From Anderseniella sp. (lineage in GTDB: Bacteria > Pseudomonadota > Alphaproteobacteria > Rhizobiales > Aestuariivirgaceae): a DNA stretch of 64,000 bases. Of this stretch, positions 41,209 through 52,370 are shown one piece after another. The stretch lies in contig JANQOK010000020.1 of assembly GCA_028289645.1 (NCBI GenBank), positions 42,562 through 106,561 of the forward strand. The letters are read 5' to 3'. The translations under genes were made by a program, and so were the position numbers. The notes beneath the pieces are model-generated. The model did not search any database. It was not told the DNA's origin and saw only the letters and a program-made list of their open reading frames with translations. Position 1 is the first letter of the stretch; each line of letters starts with the position of its first letter.

Positions 41209-42481
41209 CGCGGGCCTTCCAAAATCTTACAGGGTCTATTGCGCGGCCGCCCACGCGTGTTTCGTAATGAAGATGCGGGCCAGTACTGCGACCTGTACTT
41301 CCAACTTTTCCTATTCTATCACCTGACTTGACCTTTTGGCCAGTGCGAACAGAAATTATACTTAAATGCGCATATCGGCTGATAACGCCACCATCATGGC
41401 GAACCTCGACCATTTTGCCATATCCACCTGACCAGCCGGCCTTGGCCACGGTCCCCGGTGCCGTCACATGAACCGGGGAACCGGTAGCACCGCGAAAGTC
41501 AACACCAGAATGCATGGCTGGGCGTTTGCGGAACGGATCCTTGCGCAAGCCGAACCAACTGGACACCTTGTATTTCGGGTCCATGGGCCTGACAAGCGGC
41601 AGTCGTGTGGTCTGGAACTTCAAGGTCTCCCACCGTTCCAGGTGTCCCGACAGATTGGAGACACTCTGCGCCAGCACCTCAGAACCAAGGTCAGTGGCGC
41701 TCGCTGCAATAAATGGTCCGCCGACTGCTTCCGGTTTGTATTTTGACGATTTCGCAAGCTTGTCGGCGTTCACACCCAGCGATCGGTATACCTTGCCCAG
41801 GCGGGTGGTCCGATCCGCAACATACTCCGTCACATTGTCGAGCAGTTTGGCCTCTCGTGTTTCCATCTGGGCCATATAGCTGCGCAGTTCGCTCAGCGGC
41901 TGCAACGCTTGTTCAGGTGCTGTGAACTCCGCCGTGAACTTGTCCGATGCGCGTGGCGATACCGTCCGGCGTGCGGTTTGAACACCGGGACCAACCTCCT
42001 GTGGCGTCAGGCTTCCTTTGAGTTGCTTGGTGGAGCCTTTCGGCTGTGGCAACCATCCCTGCCGGAAAAACTCCGACAGTTGCTGATGGCGGTCAACCAG
42101 CCGGTCATGTTCGATACGTACCTCGTCAACCTTGGCAAGATAGGCCTTCTGGTCCAGCAGCAAGCGCCGGTTCAGCTTGTCGATGGTAGAGCGCATTTCC
42201 CCGATGCGGTCCTCGTATTCCAGGCGCGCACGATACTGATTGCGTTCCTTAAGTGCCAGAACCTGGTCCTTGAAGGCGACATTCACGGTCGCATAGGCAA
42301 CCCAAAAAAGACCAATTGTGAATGCGAGAATGACAGCGACCTGAACCCAGGGCCTGAGGGTTATGAATTGCACCTCACCTTCGGAACGCAGATAAATCTG
42401 GCGCTCGCGAAACGCATATGTCAGCCGGGAAACAAACCCACGCCGATAACGCCCGCCCGGATGTCGTCGTGTGTTACGCAT
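41183..42481 (-). CDS. M23 family endopeptidase with N-terminal TM and coiled coil (LmdC-like)
   Basis: RERQIYLRSEGEV.FITL, TM, coiled coil, H.GVDF (HxxxD), STGPHLHYE; overlaps the bactofilin start. Confidence 0.92.
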   Translation of the reverse strand: MRNTRRHPGGRYRRGFVSRLTYAFRERQIYLRSEGEVQFITLRPWVQVAVILAFTIGLFWVAYATVNVAFKDQVLALKERNQYRARLEYEDRIGEMRSTIDKLNRRLLLDQKAYLAKVDEVRIEHDRLVDRHQQLSEFFRQGWLPQPKGSTKQLKGSLTPQEVGPGVQTARRTVSPRASDKFTAEFTAPEQALQPLSELRSYMAQMETREAKLLDNVTEYVADRTTRLGKVYRSLGVNADKLAKSSKYKPEAVGGPFIAASATDLGSEVLAQSVSNLSGHLERWETLKFQTTRLPLVRPMDPKYKVSSWFGLRKDPFRKRPAMHSGVDFRGATGSPVHVTAPGTVAKAGWSGGYGKMVEVRHDGGVISRYAHLSIISVRTGQKVKSGDRIGKVGSTGRSTGPHLHYETRVGGRAIDPVRFWKARDVFQEITR

Positions 42482-42635
42482 AAGCCCTCCCTGCCACGGG
42501 CCGAGCAACAAATCTGTTGCAATCAGCGCTGTGCCTCAGCTGTGCCGGTGCTTTGTCGTCCGATTATCAACATCGCACAGGAAAGTTCAACCAAACTAAG
42601 GTCAAAGAAGGTTGCCAGTTCCCGCGCTCGTATGG

Positions 42636-43109
42636 TCAGTCGAGCGCCTCGGCTGCCTTTAACACCTCTTCGGCGTGACCGGCGACCCGCACCTTGCGCC
42701 AGACCTTGGCGATCTTGCCGTCCGCGTCGATCAGGAATGTCGAGCGTTCGATACCGAAATACTTGCGTCCGTACATGGCCTTCTGGACCCAGACGCCAAA
42801 TGCTTTCAGGGTGTCCAGTTCCGGATCGGATCCGAGTGTTATGCCGAGGTCATGCTTGGCAATGAACTTGTCATGTTTCTGCGCCGGGTCGGCCGATATG
42901 CCGATAACCCTGGTGCCGGCTGCTTCGAACGCGGGCTTGAGCTGTGTGAAGGCTATGGCTTCCTTGGTGCAGCCGGGTGTGTCGTCTTTGGGATAAAAGT
43001 AAATGACCGCCTTTTGTCCCTTGAGATCGCCGCTGGAAATCCGTGAGGATGAATTTGCGTCAAGATCGAATTCCGGCATCGCCTGGCCTGATTCTAGTGA
43101 ACTGCTCAT
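42636..43109 (-). CDS. bcp: Peroxiredoxin BCP/PrxQ
   Basis: YFYPKDDTPGCTKEA, RSTFLID..G.I..VW..V. Confidence 0.93.
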   Translation of the reverse strand: MSSSLESGQAMPEFDLDANSSSRISSGDLKGQKAVIYFYPKDDTPGCTKEAIAFTQLKPAFEAAGTRVIGISADPAQKHDKFIAKHDLGITLGSDPELDTLKAFGVWVQKAMYGRKYFGIERSTFLIDADGKIAKVWRKVRVAGHAEEVLKAAEALD

Positions 43110-43365
43110 CGTCAAAGAAACGTCCCTGATAAATAGTTGATAAAGGTCTGATTATTTATACTCTTTGCCGGTGAAATTGGGTTTTTTGTAGATGGCGTGC
43201 CGTTTTTTGCACCAGGTGGTATAAGCGCATGATACTAGGTCACAATTGGGCCTTAACCGGATGTAAGGTGGACCATACGGCCTCCATGGTTGCATGGAGG
43301 GCGTTAATTGTCGCTGGGACTAGCGGTTTCGGGGCATTGCTGCCGAAACAGAAAAGAGCGGAAAC

Positions 43366-46300
43366 TTGGCCAGCCGGGCACTAAAAGGCATAGCCTGGGT
43401 AACAGCTGCATTCGCCGTGATGCTTATCGCGGCGGTGATTTATGTCGTGGTCGCATTGTCGTCCGGCCCGCTCAGTGTCGGTTTTCTAACCAACATAGTG
43501 GAAAACAGGGTCAGTGACTCGATCCCCGGCCTGAAGGTCGAACTCGAAAGAGTGGTGATTGAGCGCGGCAGCAATGGTGGGCATCCGACCTTGCGGCTCG
43601 CTGACGTGCGTCTTACCGACACCAGTGGAAACCTGATCGCACGGGCGCCACGCGCGGCGATCGCCGTCGATATCGGCGAAATACTGACAGGCAACGTGAA
43701 GCCGAAAAAGCTTGAGTTGATCGGCGCCCGCATTCTGGCCAGACGCGATAGTGACGGCAGTTTTGCAATGGGCTTTTCTGCCGAGAACCAGACGACGGGC
43801 AAGTCGGATGCGGGAACCCAGCCTGTGCAGCCGTATGTGCAGCCCGACAGCCCGGCAGACGGTTCAACACGGTCGATCGTGGAAACCATCAACAACCTGC
43901 TGCAGAACAAGTCCAATGATCCGGGCACCCGGTCGCTGGAGGCCATTGAGGTCACCGACGCACAGATATCGTTCAAGGACGAAATTCAAGGGCAGCTTTG
44001 GATATCTCCGCGCGCCAACCTTCGCTTCAAGCATGCCGATGGCGGCTTTGCATTGTTCATGGACGCAGACATTTCTGCCGACGGCCCGACCTGGCGTACG
44101 GAAGTGTTGACCACCTACCGCACCGATTCCAGTGTGTTCAAGGTCATCGCCAAGGTCGACGGCGTCACGCCTGCCGATGTTGCGCGGAAGTTGTTCGCAT
44201 TTAACCAACTGGCGAATATCGATCTGCCCATGTCCGGCGAAATGGAGTTTTCGCTGTCCAACAAAGGCGAGATGCTAGCGGGGTCCGGTGTTCTGTCCGT
44301 TAAGGCAGGCAAAGTGTCGTTTCCCGGCTATATCTCTGATCCGGTGCTGATTGACGAGGGCCTGCTGCGGCTGAAGTTCGAGCCCCAGACCGGCCATCTG
44401 TCCATCAATGACTCGAGCTTGGTTATCCGCGGCACCGAGGCGAAATTCAATGGCCGGTTCGCACCGGTTCGAAACGAGCAGCAGGAAGTCATAGCTGCCA
44501 ACATCGATCTGGAAGCGCAGAACGTAAATATTGATACGCCCAATGCAGGGGCAGCCGGCAGCGTGATTGACCAGTTCAAGCTCAGGGGGCAGGCCCTGTT
44601 CAATGAACGTCGCTTCCTCGTTGATGACCTGCTTGTACTGTCCGGTGACGGTGGTGTGAGAGTTCGCGGACAGTTTGTTGCAGATGGTGATGCGGTTGGC
44701 GTGTACATGGCCGGTCGTGGGCGCTCGCTCAGGCACGACCTGATCCGGAAACTGTGGCCACCGGTGATCGCTGCACAGTCGCGCAAATGGTATCGGGAAA
44801 ACCTGCGCACCGGGGTCGTGGAAGACGCGGAGTTCAGGGTCAAGCTCTCAGGCCCCCAGATCAACACGGCACTTGAGGGCAAACCATTGCCCGTCGACGC
44901 AGTCGACCTGAAGTTCAACGCCACAGGTGTTGAATTCACCTATGCAGATGACCTGCCGCCAATGACCAGGGCATCAGGACAGTTTCACCTGACCGGCCAG
45001 GTTTTCGATATCACGGTTCAGGCAGGAACTATCCCGCTGCCATCAGGCAAGTCCCTGGGCGTGACCGGCGGTAACATGCAGATCACTGAACTGGCGCTGC
45101 CGATATCGCCGGCGACTTTGAACCTGAACCTGGAAAGCGATGTTGCCGGATTTCACGAATACGCCGACCTGCCGCCTCTGGCCCTGGTCAGCGACTCCAC
45201 CTTTGACCTGGACTCAGTCAGCGGTCGCGGCGTCGTGAACCTCAGCCTGGCAATGCCTCTCAAGCCTGGTATCACGTCTTCCGATATTGCAGTCGCTGCG
45301 ACAGCGAAGCTGAGCAATGGGCAGATCAAGAATGCAGTTGAAGGCATCGACATCAACGACGCCGAGATAGACCTGGTGCTGGATGACACCATCATCACCG
45401 GAAAAGGCACCGCGAAGCTGGGTGAAAAGGCAGCCCGGCTGACTTGGCGCCGGCCATTGAGCAAGAGTGCCAACGCCGACGAGGACATGACCATTTCGGC
45501 GACACTGAGCGATGCCGACCGGCAGAAACTGGGCATCGACCTGGCGCCGTTCCTGACCGGTCCTACCCGGCTGAATGTCTCAATGGTGCGCCGTGGCTCG
45601 CAAATTGTGTCGGCGAAGGTGGATGCCGACCTGTCGAAAGCATCCATGGCGGTCGATGCCATCGGCTGGTCGCGAAAGCCGACAAAGAACACCAGGGCCA
45701 GGTTCAATGTTGGCCTCAACGACGACAAGTTCATTTTGCTCAACGATCTTTCGGTTACCGGCGGGCAACTCAAGATCCTTGGCAAACTGCGCGTGAACCG
45801 AAAGAACAACAGCCTGCATGATGCTTCCTTCCCGCGCTTCATTCTCAGTGACACAAATCAACTGGCACTGGAGATCGATAATTCGTCGGGTTCGCTGCAG
45901 ATGGGCGTTGGCGGCGCCAGCCTCGACGCAAGGCCGCTGATATCGCGTATCATGTCCAGCAAAGTCGGCGGCAATACGAGCCTGCAGGAGCCGCCTGTCT
46001 CGGTCAATACGAACATCAGCCGCATCTATGTTCACCGTGGCGAGGTGATCAACAATCTGCAGGGCAGGCTGGTCACGTCCGGTGGCGCGGTGCAGTCGGC
46101 GGAGATCAGGGGCAAGTATCGAAACGGTGCGCCGATCACCATGCGTGTTACCCGCGATAACAACGGGCAACGTCGGATGCGAGTGACCGGCAGGGACGCC
46201 GGTGCCTCGCTGCGGGCCACCAACCTCTACTCGAAGATTTCGGGCGGCACCATTGATTTTGGCGCCATTTTGGGCAATCCGGGGCAGGGCGCGATTCAAC

Positions 46301-46878
46301 GTGGCCTGCTGGAAGTGCGCAATTTTGCGGTCCGCAACGAGGCGGCTTTGTCGCAGATTGACAATACCGCCCGCCGCGCGGGGCGAAACACAGGGCCCAG
46401 AAGCAATGACCTGAGGCTGTCCCGCCTTTCAGTGCCGTTCTCGGTTGACAACAACTTCGTCCGGATTGGTGATGCGCTGGTCCAGGGACCCGAGATCGGC
46501 GCCTCGGCGCAGGGCATTATCCGCAAGAACGACCTCGCCATGGATATCGGTGGTACCATCATTCCCGCCTACGCACTGAACTCGGCAATTTCAAACGTAC
46601 CCGTCCTGGGCGATGTGCTCACTGGCGGCAGAGGCCAGGGTGTGTTCGGCCTGAACTTTGCGTTGAAAGGGTCCATGAACCGTCCCCGTTTCCTGGTCAA
46701 TCCGGTGTCCGCGATTGCCCCCGGAATTTTCCGCAATATCTTCACGATTGGTGGCGGCCAGACCAACTCGGATGGCACCGCGCGCGGCACCCGGCAGCAG
46801 CGCGGTACGGTCCGGCAACCGTCGACACGGCAGCAAAACCAAAGGGTGCGTCAGCAGGACCTGCAGTCCACCAGGTGA
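43366..46878 (+). CDS. YhdP/AsmA2-DUF3971 family envelope bridge-like protein
   Basis: N-terminal TM, LSSGPL, LWP...A...R.W, C-terminal GTIIPAY.LNS..S.VPVLG..L.G..G.G.FG..F. Confidence 0.88.
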   Translation: MASRALKGIAWVTAAFAVMLIAAVIYVVVALSSGPLSVGFLTNIVENRVSDSIPGLKVELERVVIERGSNGGHPTLRLADVRLTDTSGNLIARAPRAAIAVDIGEILTGNVKPKKLELIGARILARRDSDGSFAMGFSAENQTTGKSDAGTQPVQPYVQPDSPADGSTRSIVETINNLLQNKSNDPGTRSLEAIEVTDAQISFKDEIQGQLWISPRANLRFKHADGGFALFMDADISADGPTWRTEVLTTYRTDSSVFKVIAKVDGVTPADVARKLFAFNQLANIDLPMSGEMEFSLSNKGEMLAGSGVLSVKAGKVSFPGYISDPVLIDEGLLRLKFEPQTGHLSINDSSLVIRGTEAKFNGRFAPVRNEQQEVIAANIDLEAQNVNIDTPNAGAAGSVIDQFKLRGQALFNERRFLVDDLLVLSGDGGVRVRGQFVADGDAVGVYMAGRGRSLRHDLIRKLWPPVIAAQSRKWYRENLRTGVVEDAEFRVKLSGPQINTALEGKPLPVDAVDLKFNATGVEFTYADDLPPMTRASGQFHLTGQVFDITVQAGTIPLPSGKSLGVTGGNMQITELALPISPATLNLNLESDVAGFHEYADLPPLALVSDSTFDLDSVSGRGVVNLSLAMPLKPGITSSDIAVAATAKLSNGQIKNAVEGIDINDAEIDLVLDDTIITGKGTAKLGEKAARLTWRRPLSKSANADEDMTISATLSDADRQKLGIDLAPFLTGPTRLNVSMVRRGSQIVSAKVDADLSKASMAVDAIGWSRKPTKNTRARFNVGLNDDKFILLNDLSVTGGQLKILGKLRVNRKNNSLHDASFPRFILSDTNQLALEIDNSSGSLQMGVGGASLDARPLISRIMSSKVGGNTSLQEPPVSVNTNISRIYVHRGEVINNLQGRLVTSGGAVQSAEIRGKYRNGAPITMRVTRDNNGQRRMRVTGRDAGASLRATNLYSKISGGTIDFGAILGNPGQGAIQRGLLEVRNFAVRNEAALSQIDNTARRAGRNTGPRSNDLRLSRLSVPFSVDNNFVRIGDALVQGPEIGASAQGIIRKNDLAMDIGGTIIPAYALNSAISNVPVLGDVLTGGRGQGVFGLNFALKGSMNRPRFLVNPVSAIAPGIFRNIFTIGGGQTNSDGTARGTRQQRGTVRQPSTRQQNQRVRQQDLQSTR

Positions 46879-46894
46879 CGGAGCGCCGGAACCT

Positions 46895-48130
46895 CTAGTC
46901 CCGCTTCACCAGAGCGTGTCGTTTCTTGCCCAGCGATATCTTCATCAGGCCATCGGCATTGAAGTCGGCCTCATTTGCCAGGTATCCGGGGTCACTGATC
47001 TTGGTATCGTTTACGCTCACCGAGTTGCCGGTGATGGCGCGGCGCACCTCGCCATTGCTGGCCGCCAGTCCGGCAGCGACAAACAATGACAGCAGGCCGT
47101 CCCCGGGATTGCCTGAAATGGTCGGCAGGTCTTGCGCCAGTCCGCCTTCCTCAAACGTTTTCTGTGCCGTGGCGGCGGCCGCAGCTGCCGCTTCGCGGCC
47201 ATGCAGAAGGGCCGTTGCTTCGTTTGCCAGAACTTTCTTGGCGTCATTGATCTCGGCACCGTCCAGCTTTTCCAGCCTGGCAATTTCGTCCATCGGCAGG
47301 GTTGTGAACAGCTTCAGGAACCGTGCCACATCGCCATCTTCGGTATTGCGCCAGTACTGCCAGAAATCCCACGCACTAAACTGTTCGGCATTGAGCCAGA
47401 CCGCCCCTTGCGCCGTCTTGCCCATCTTCGCGCCCGATGATGTGGTCAGAAGAGGGGTCGTCAGGGCATACAGCTGGTGGGTGCCCATGCGCCTGCCGAG
47501 GTCGACGCCGTTGACAATATTGCCCCACTGGTCCGAACCGCCCATCTGCAGGTTGCAGCCATAGCGCCTGGCCAGTTCCACATAATCGTAGGACTGGCAG
47601 ACCATGTAATTGAACTCGATGAAACTCATTTCCTGCTCGCGCTCCAGTCGCAGGCGGACGGAGTCCATGGTCAGCATCCTGTTGACGGAAAAATGCCGGC
47701 CGACGTCTCGCAGCATGTCGATGTAACTCAGCTTCAACAGCCAGTCCGCATTGTCGACCATGATCGCGTCGGTGTTGCCGTCTCCGAACCGAAGCACTTT
47801 GTTGAACACGCCCTTTATCGACGCCTTGTTGGCTTCGATCTCTTCCGGCGTGCGTATGGCGCGGGTTTCATCCTTGCCGGACGGATCTCCGACCATGGTG
47901 GTGCCGCCGCCCATAAGGGTGATCGGCTTGTTACCGGTTTCCTGCAGCCAGTGCAGCATCATCATGCTTAGAAAATTGCCGATATGCAGCGAGGGTGCAG
48001 TACAGTCATACCCGACATAACCTATTACTTCACGCTTTGCGGCCAGCGCATCCAGACCGTCAAAGTCTGAGCACTGGTGGATAAACCCGCGCTCGTCGAG
48101 CACGTTGAGAAAGTCAGATTTATAGGCCAT
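46895..48130 (-). CDS. tyrS: Tyrosine--tRNA ligase
   Basis: [15 protein letters not shown] (HIGH), [16 protein letters not shown] (KMSKS); C-terminal S4 domain. Confidence 0.97.
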   Translation of the reverse strand: MAYKSDFLNVLDERGFIHQCSDFDGLDALAAKREVIGYVGYDCTAPSLHIGNFLSMMMLHWLQETGNKPITLMGGGTTMVGDPSGKDETRAIRTPEEIEANKASIKGVFNKVLRFGDGNTDAIMVDNADWLLKLSYIDMLRDVGRHFSVNRMLTMDSVRLRLEREQEMSFIEFNYMVCQSYDYVELARRYGCNLQMGGSDQWGNIVNGVDLGRRMGTHQLYALTTPLLTTSSGAKMGKTAQGAVWLNAEQFSAWDFWQYWRNTEDGDVARFLKLFTTLPMDEIARLEKLDGAEINDAKKVLANEATALLHGREAAAAAAATAQKTFEEGGLAQDLPTISGNPGDGLLSLFVAAGLAASNGEVRRAITGNSVSVNDTKISDPGYLANEADFNADGLMKISLGKKRHALVKRD

Positions 48131-48179
48131 GTAAACACTCTTGTGATATTGTTGCTGCCTCATAGCATGATGAGGACGA

Positions 48180-49292
48180 ATGGCAAATCCAATCACGGCA
48201 ATCGGCTTGATGAGCGGCACATCAATGGATGGTATCGATGTGGCCATGATCCGGACCGATGGTGAAAACACAGTTCAGGCCATGGCGTTCGAGGCGGTGG
48301 ACTACGACGCTGCGCAGCGGGCCTTGCTGAGCGAGGCAATGTCTTTGTCCGCCGGCCTGCAGGAACGTGCCTCACGGCCGGGAAAACTGCCTGCAATCGA
48401 AAAGGAGATCACCCGCTGGCACGCCGATGCGGTCGACTGGTTTTGCGACAAGCACGGCGTTGGCAGGCAGGACAAAATCGTCGTCGGTTTTCACGGCCAA
48501 ACGGTTGTGCACCGGCCTGAGATCGGACTGACGGTCCAGTTGGGTGACGGACAATCCCTTGCCGATACAACCGGCCTGAAAGTCGTTGCCGACATGCGCG
48601 CCAACGACATGGCGCATGGCGGGCAGGGCGCGCCACTGGCGTGCGCATATCATGCAGCCATGGCGGCTCATGTTCCCGGCAGGCCGACCGCCTTTGTCAA
48701 TATTGGCGGGGTTGGCAACATTACGCTGGTCGATGAAAACGGTGGCCTGCTGGCTTTCGATACCGGACCCGGCAATGCGCTGATGGATGACTGGTGCCTG
48801 CAGCATACCGGCAAACCTGTTGACGTCGACGGTGCGCTGGCGCGCACCGGAGAGGTGAATGAAGCAGTTCTCGCCGAGCTCCGCCGCCATGAGTATTTCC
48901 TGGAGGCCCCGCCGAAATCACTGGACCGGGCCAGCTTCACGCTGGACGCAGTCAAGGGCCTCAGTCCGCAGGACGGAGCAGCGACACTGGTGATGTTCAC
49001 CGCCCACACAATCGCCGATGCTGTCAACTGGTGCGGCAAGTCTCCGGCCTACTGGGTGATATGCGGCGGTGGCCGCAAGAACCGCTTCCTGATGGAATGC
49101 CTGGCCAGTCTCATAGATGCACCCGTGGTGCCGGCCGAGGCCATTCATACCGACGGTGATGCAGTTGAAGCCGAGGCCTGGGCATACCTGGCTGTGCGGT
49201 CGGTGCGCGGACTGCCGCTGACATGGCCGGGCACGACCGGTACCAGAGAGCCCGTGTCCGGCGGACAGGTGTTTGTGCCTGCCGGTCACTGA
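48180..49292 (+). CDS. anmK: Anhydro-N-acetylmuramic acid kinase
   Basis: [55 protein letters not shown]. Confidence 0.96.
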   Translation: MANPITAIGLMSGTSMDGIDVAMIRTDGENTVQAMAFEAVDYDAAQRALLSEAMSLSAGLQERASRPGKLPAIEKEITRWHADAVDWFCDKHGVGRQDKIVVGFHGQTVVHRPEIGLTVQLGDGQSLADTTGLKVVADMRANDMAHGGQGAPLACAYHAAMAAHVPGRPTAFVNIGGVGNITLVDENGGLLAFDTGPGNALMDDWCLQHTGKPVDVDGALARTGEVNEAVLAELRRHEYFLEAPPKSLDRASFTLDAVKGLSPQDGAATLVMFTAHTIADAVNWCGKSPAYWVICGGGRKNRFLMECLASLIDAPVVPAEAIHTDGDAVEAEAWAYLAVRSVRGLPLTWPGTTGTREPVSGGQVFVPAGH

Positions 49293-49306
49293 TCCCCGTT
49301 GGACAG

Positions 49307-50035
49307 TTACTCCGACAATGCTGTTACGTCATCTGCCAGACAGTAGCCGATACCGTGTATTGTCTTGATGTAACGGGGCTGCCTGCTGTCCGGCTCTAGT
49401 TTTTTGCGCAACCGCATGATGTGAACATCGATGGCGCGGTCACCAACAACCGTCGCTTGCCCTCTTGTCAGGTCAAACAACTGGTCCCGGCTCAAGGCGA
49501 CACGGGGCTGCTCGATCAGCGCCCGCAGCAGGTCAAACTCCATACTTGTCAGCCCGGCATCCCGTGTGTCTTCGGTGTGCACAACGGTGCGTTCGCTGAG
49601 GTTGACGGTCCAGGTGCCAAATCTGAGCACCTGTCCAACAGAATTGGTTTTTGCCGTCGCGACGCCATCATTGTTCACCCGTCGCAACACGGATCGGATT
49701 CTGGCGACCAGTTCGCGCGGTTCGAATGGCTTGGTCACATAGTCATCGGCGCCGAACTCGAGCCCGAAAATGCGATCAAACGCCTCGTTGCGCACGCTCA
49801 GCACGATGATCGGGAGGTTCGAGTCACGCCGGACTTCCCTGGTCAACTGGAAGCCATCGGCATCTGGCAGCCCGACATCCAGGACGCACAAGTCAATGTT
49901 TTCCTGCCTTAAAGTGTCTCGCATCTGCTGTCCGGTTGCGGCGCACGAAACGCGGAAACCCTGCTTTTCCAGATAGCGTTTCAGAAACGACGTGATCTGA
50001 ACGTCGTCATCTACAACAAGAATGTGTTCGTTCAT
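49307..50035 (-). CDS. OmpR-family response regulator (TorR/DorR-like)
   Basis: ILVVDDD, LDVGLPD.DG, GADDYVTKPF.PREL.ARI; winged helix LT..EF.LL, R.IDVHI.RLR.KLE, TIHGIGY. Confidence 0.93.
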   Translation of the reverse strand: MNEHILVVDDDVQITSFLKRYLEKQGFRVSCAATGQQMRDTLRQENIDLCVLDVGLPDADGFQLTREVRRDSNLPIIVLSVRNEAFDRIFGLEFGADDYVTKPFEPRELVARIRSVLRRVNNDGVATAKTNSVGQVLRFGTWTVNLSERTVVHTEDTRDAGLTSMEFDLLRALIEQPRVALSRDQLFDLTRGQATVVGDRAIDVHIMRLRKKLEPDSRQPRYIKTIHGIGYCLADDVTALSE

Positions 50036-50157
50036 GGCAGTTCCGGCCGATCACCGGGAGTTAACACTATGCCCCGCGTTACCTACAGACATAACGAGGA
50101 AGCTGCAACCGTGCCGGTGTGCTTGCAATGCTGGACATTACAAGGCCAGATGGCGTT

Positions 50158-52365
50158 ATGGTCACCTCTTCAGACAAAGCAAAATTGCCGGTCAGGCTGG
50201 TACTGTCAGGTCTCGGCGCTGCTCTGCTACTGGCCGCCACGGTATTGGCCGGCGTTTATCTCGGCAGCCAGACGCAACAGCGGTTTCAGGACGTCGGCCA
50301 GAGCTGGCAGACCTTTACTGCGGAAGCTGAACGCCGCGGCGCGCTGCTCAGCCGGATTCGGGGGCATCTTGGTTATGGCGGCATAATCCATAACTTCAAG
50401 AACTATGTTCTGCGCCAGGACCAGCGCTATCTCGACAGCCTGATCAGGCAGTTTGAGGACTTTGGAAACACGGTCGACGAATACCGCAAGAGCGGCGCCA
50501 CGGCGGTTGAACTGGGTCATCTCAAGACCATTGAAGACACGATCGCATTGTATCGCTCCAAATTGCCCATTGCCCAGCAGGCTGCCAGGCAAAACTGGCC
50601 GCCGCTGCGAACCGACGGCCTCGTCAAGGTGGATGATACCGAGGCCGTCTCCGCGCTTGAAGCACTGGAGGCGTACTGGTGGGACAAGCATCAGGCCTCG
50701 ACACAGGACATTGCCCGGGCTGTTGATGAAGGCGAGGCGCTGGTAACTATCGGTTTCCGGTTTCTCGCTGGTCTGGCGGTCGTTGCATTGTTGCTCTACG
50801 GCTTGTTCTATCTGCTTCAGGCCGAATTGCGTCAGACCATTGGCAGACTGTCCAATGAACTGCGCGAGCGTCGCGTGGCGGAGCATGTCGCCAAGAAGTT
50901 TCAGCGCGCGGTCGATCAAAGTCCCGCCACCATCATCATCACCGACACCCAGGGCATCATTGAATATGTCAATCAGAAATTCTGTGACCTGACCGGGTAT
51001 TCAGCCGGAGAGGTAATCGGCAAGACACCGCAATTGCTGCAGTCCGGCGACGTCTCTGGTGATGAGTACGTTGCCCTGCGCCAGCAGCTGGTTCGCGGCG
51101 AAGAGTGGCGCGGCACATTTCGCAACCGCAAGAAGTCTGGAGCTCCCTACTGGGCGAAGACGGCAATTCTGCCGTTGCGTGACGACAAGGGGCTGATCAC
51201 CCATTTTATCGGGCTCGGCGAGGATCAGACAGAAAGACGCAAAGCCCGCGACCATATCCATCGCGCGCAGCGAATAGAGGCGGTCAGCATGCTGGCCAGC
51301 GGTGTGGCCCACGATTTCAACAATGTGCTGACCACCATTCTCGGCAATGTGCACCTGGCCAGGCTGGATGCCCCGGCCAAGGGCGAATTTTCGGAGGAAC
51401 TGGAGCAGATTGAGGTTGCGGCCAAGAGGGCCCGCAACCTGGTCGGGCAGATATTCGCCTTTGCCCGGCGCCAGGCAGGCGAAGCAGTCGCCGTTCAGGT
51501 AAACGAGGTTGTGGAGGAAGTCGCACATCTGCTGCAGTCGTCACTGCAACCGAACATCGCCATCAGGTGCCGGATTGACGATGCCGATATGGTGGTGAAG
51601 GCCGATCCGACCCGCCTGCACCAGGTAATCATGAACCTGTGCTCCAATGCCGCCGAGGCGATCGGGCCGCCGGGTGGCAACATCACCATCAGCGTGACGG
51701 CGGATGCTGTCGGTGAGACACCGGAAAGACGAGTATGTGTCTCGGTGAGTGACGATGGACCGGGAATCGCGGATGACTTGCAGGGAAAGATTTTTGATCC
51801 GTTTTTCACCACCAAGACCGCCGGCAAGGGAACCGGGTTGGGGTTGTCCGTAGTGGCCAACCTGGTTGGCGAGATGGGCGGCCAGATTGACGTGACAAGC
51901 ACCGTCGGGCAGGGCACCAACTTCAAGGTGCGCCTGCCGCTCAGCGATGAGCGCATAGAGAAGCGTTCGGCTTCCGGTGAATTGCCATCGGGTTCAGGTC
52001 GGATCCTGCTGATCGATGACGAAGTGGAGGTGGCGGCAACCTGCGCCAAGCTGCTGCGGCGCCTGGGTTACGACGTCGAAGAGTACTATGACCCGGTCAA
52101 AGCCATGCAGACCTTCAGGTCAGGGCCGGATCAGTTTGCGCTGGTGATCACCGATCTGGTGATGCCTGGCCTGTCCGGCAGCGAGGTTTGCCGGATTGTG
52201 CGTGAACTGCGTCCAGCCTGTCCGCTGGTTGCTTATTCGGCTTATCAACCCGACGGTATTGACTTCGATCAGGCCGGTATCATGCGCTTCATGCACAAGC
52301 CCATCGAACCCGCGCAACTTGCCCGCATTGCCAGCGAGATGACCCGCCTCGACCATGTTGGCTGA
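50158..52365 (+). CDS. Membrane hybrid sensor histidine kinase (periplasmic sensor, PAS, HisKA, HATPase, REC)
   Basis: Two TMs flanking the GYGGIIHNFKNYVLR domain; PAS; LASGVAHDFNN H-box; QVIMNLC.NA, FDPFFTTK..GKGTGLGL; C-terminal REC ITDLVMPG. Confidence 0.93.
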   Translation: MVTSSDKAKLPVRLVLSGLGAALLLAATVLAGVYLGSQTQQRFQDVGQSWQTFTAEAERRGALLSRIRGHLGYGGIIHNFKNYVLRQDQRYLDSLIRQFEDFGNTVDEYRKSGATAVELGHLKTIEDTIALYRSKLPIAQQAARQNWPPLRTDGLVKVDDTEAVSALEALEAYWWDKHQASTQDIARAVDEGEALVTIGFRFLAGLAVVALLLYGLFYLLQAELRQTIGRLSNELRERRVAEHVAKKFQRAVDQSPATIIITDTQGIIEYVNQKFCDLTGYSAGEVIGKTPQLLQSGDVSGDEYVALRQQLVRGEEWRGTFRNRKKSGAPYWAKTAILPLRDDKGLITHFIGLGEDQTERRKARDHIHRAQRIEAVSMLASGVAHDFNNVLTTILGNVHLARLDAPAKGEFSEELEQIEVAAKRARNLVGQIFAFARRQAGEAVAVQVNEVVEEVAHLLQSSLQPNIAIRCRIDDADMVVKADPTRLHQVIMNLCSNAAEAIGPPGGNITISVTADAVGETPERRVCVSVSDDGPGIADDLQGKIFDPFFTTKTAGKGTGLGLSVVANLVGEMGGQIDVTSTVGQGTNFKVRLPLSDERIEKRSASGELPSGSGRILLIDDEVEVAATCAKLLRRLGYDVEEYYDPVKAMQTFRSGPDQFALVITDLVMPGLSGSEVCRIVRELRPACPLVAYSAYQPDGIDFDQAGIMRFMHKPIEPAQLARIASEMTRLDHVG

Positions 52366-52370
52366 AACAT

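Noticed and set aside
43193-43211. Sigma54-like TGGC...TTGCA upstream of the YhdP-family gene
   Set aside because: GG-to-GC spacing is 13 nt rather than the required 10.
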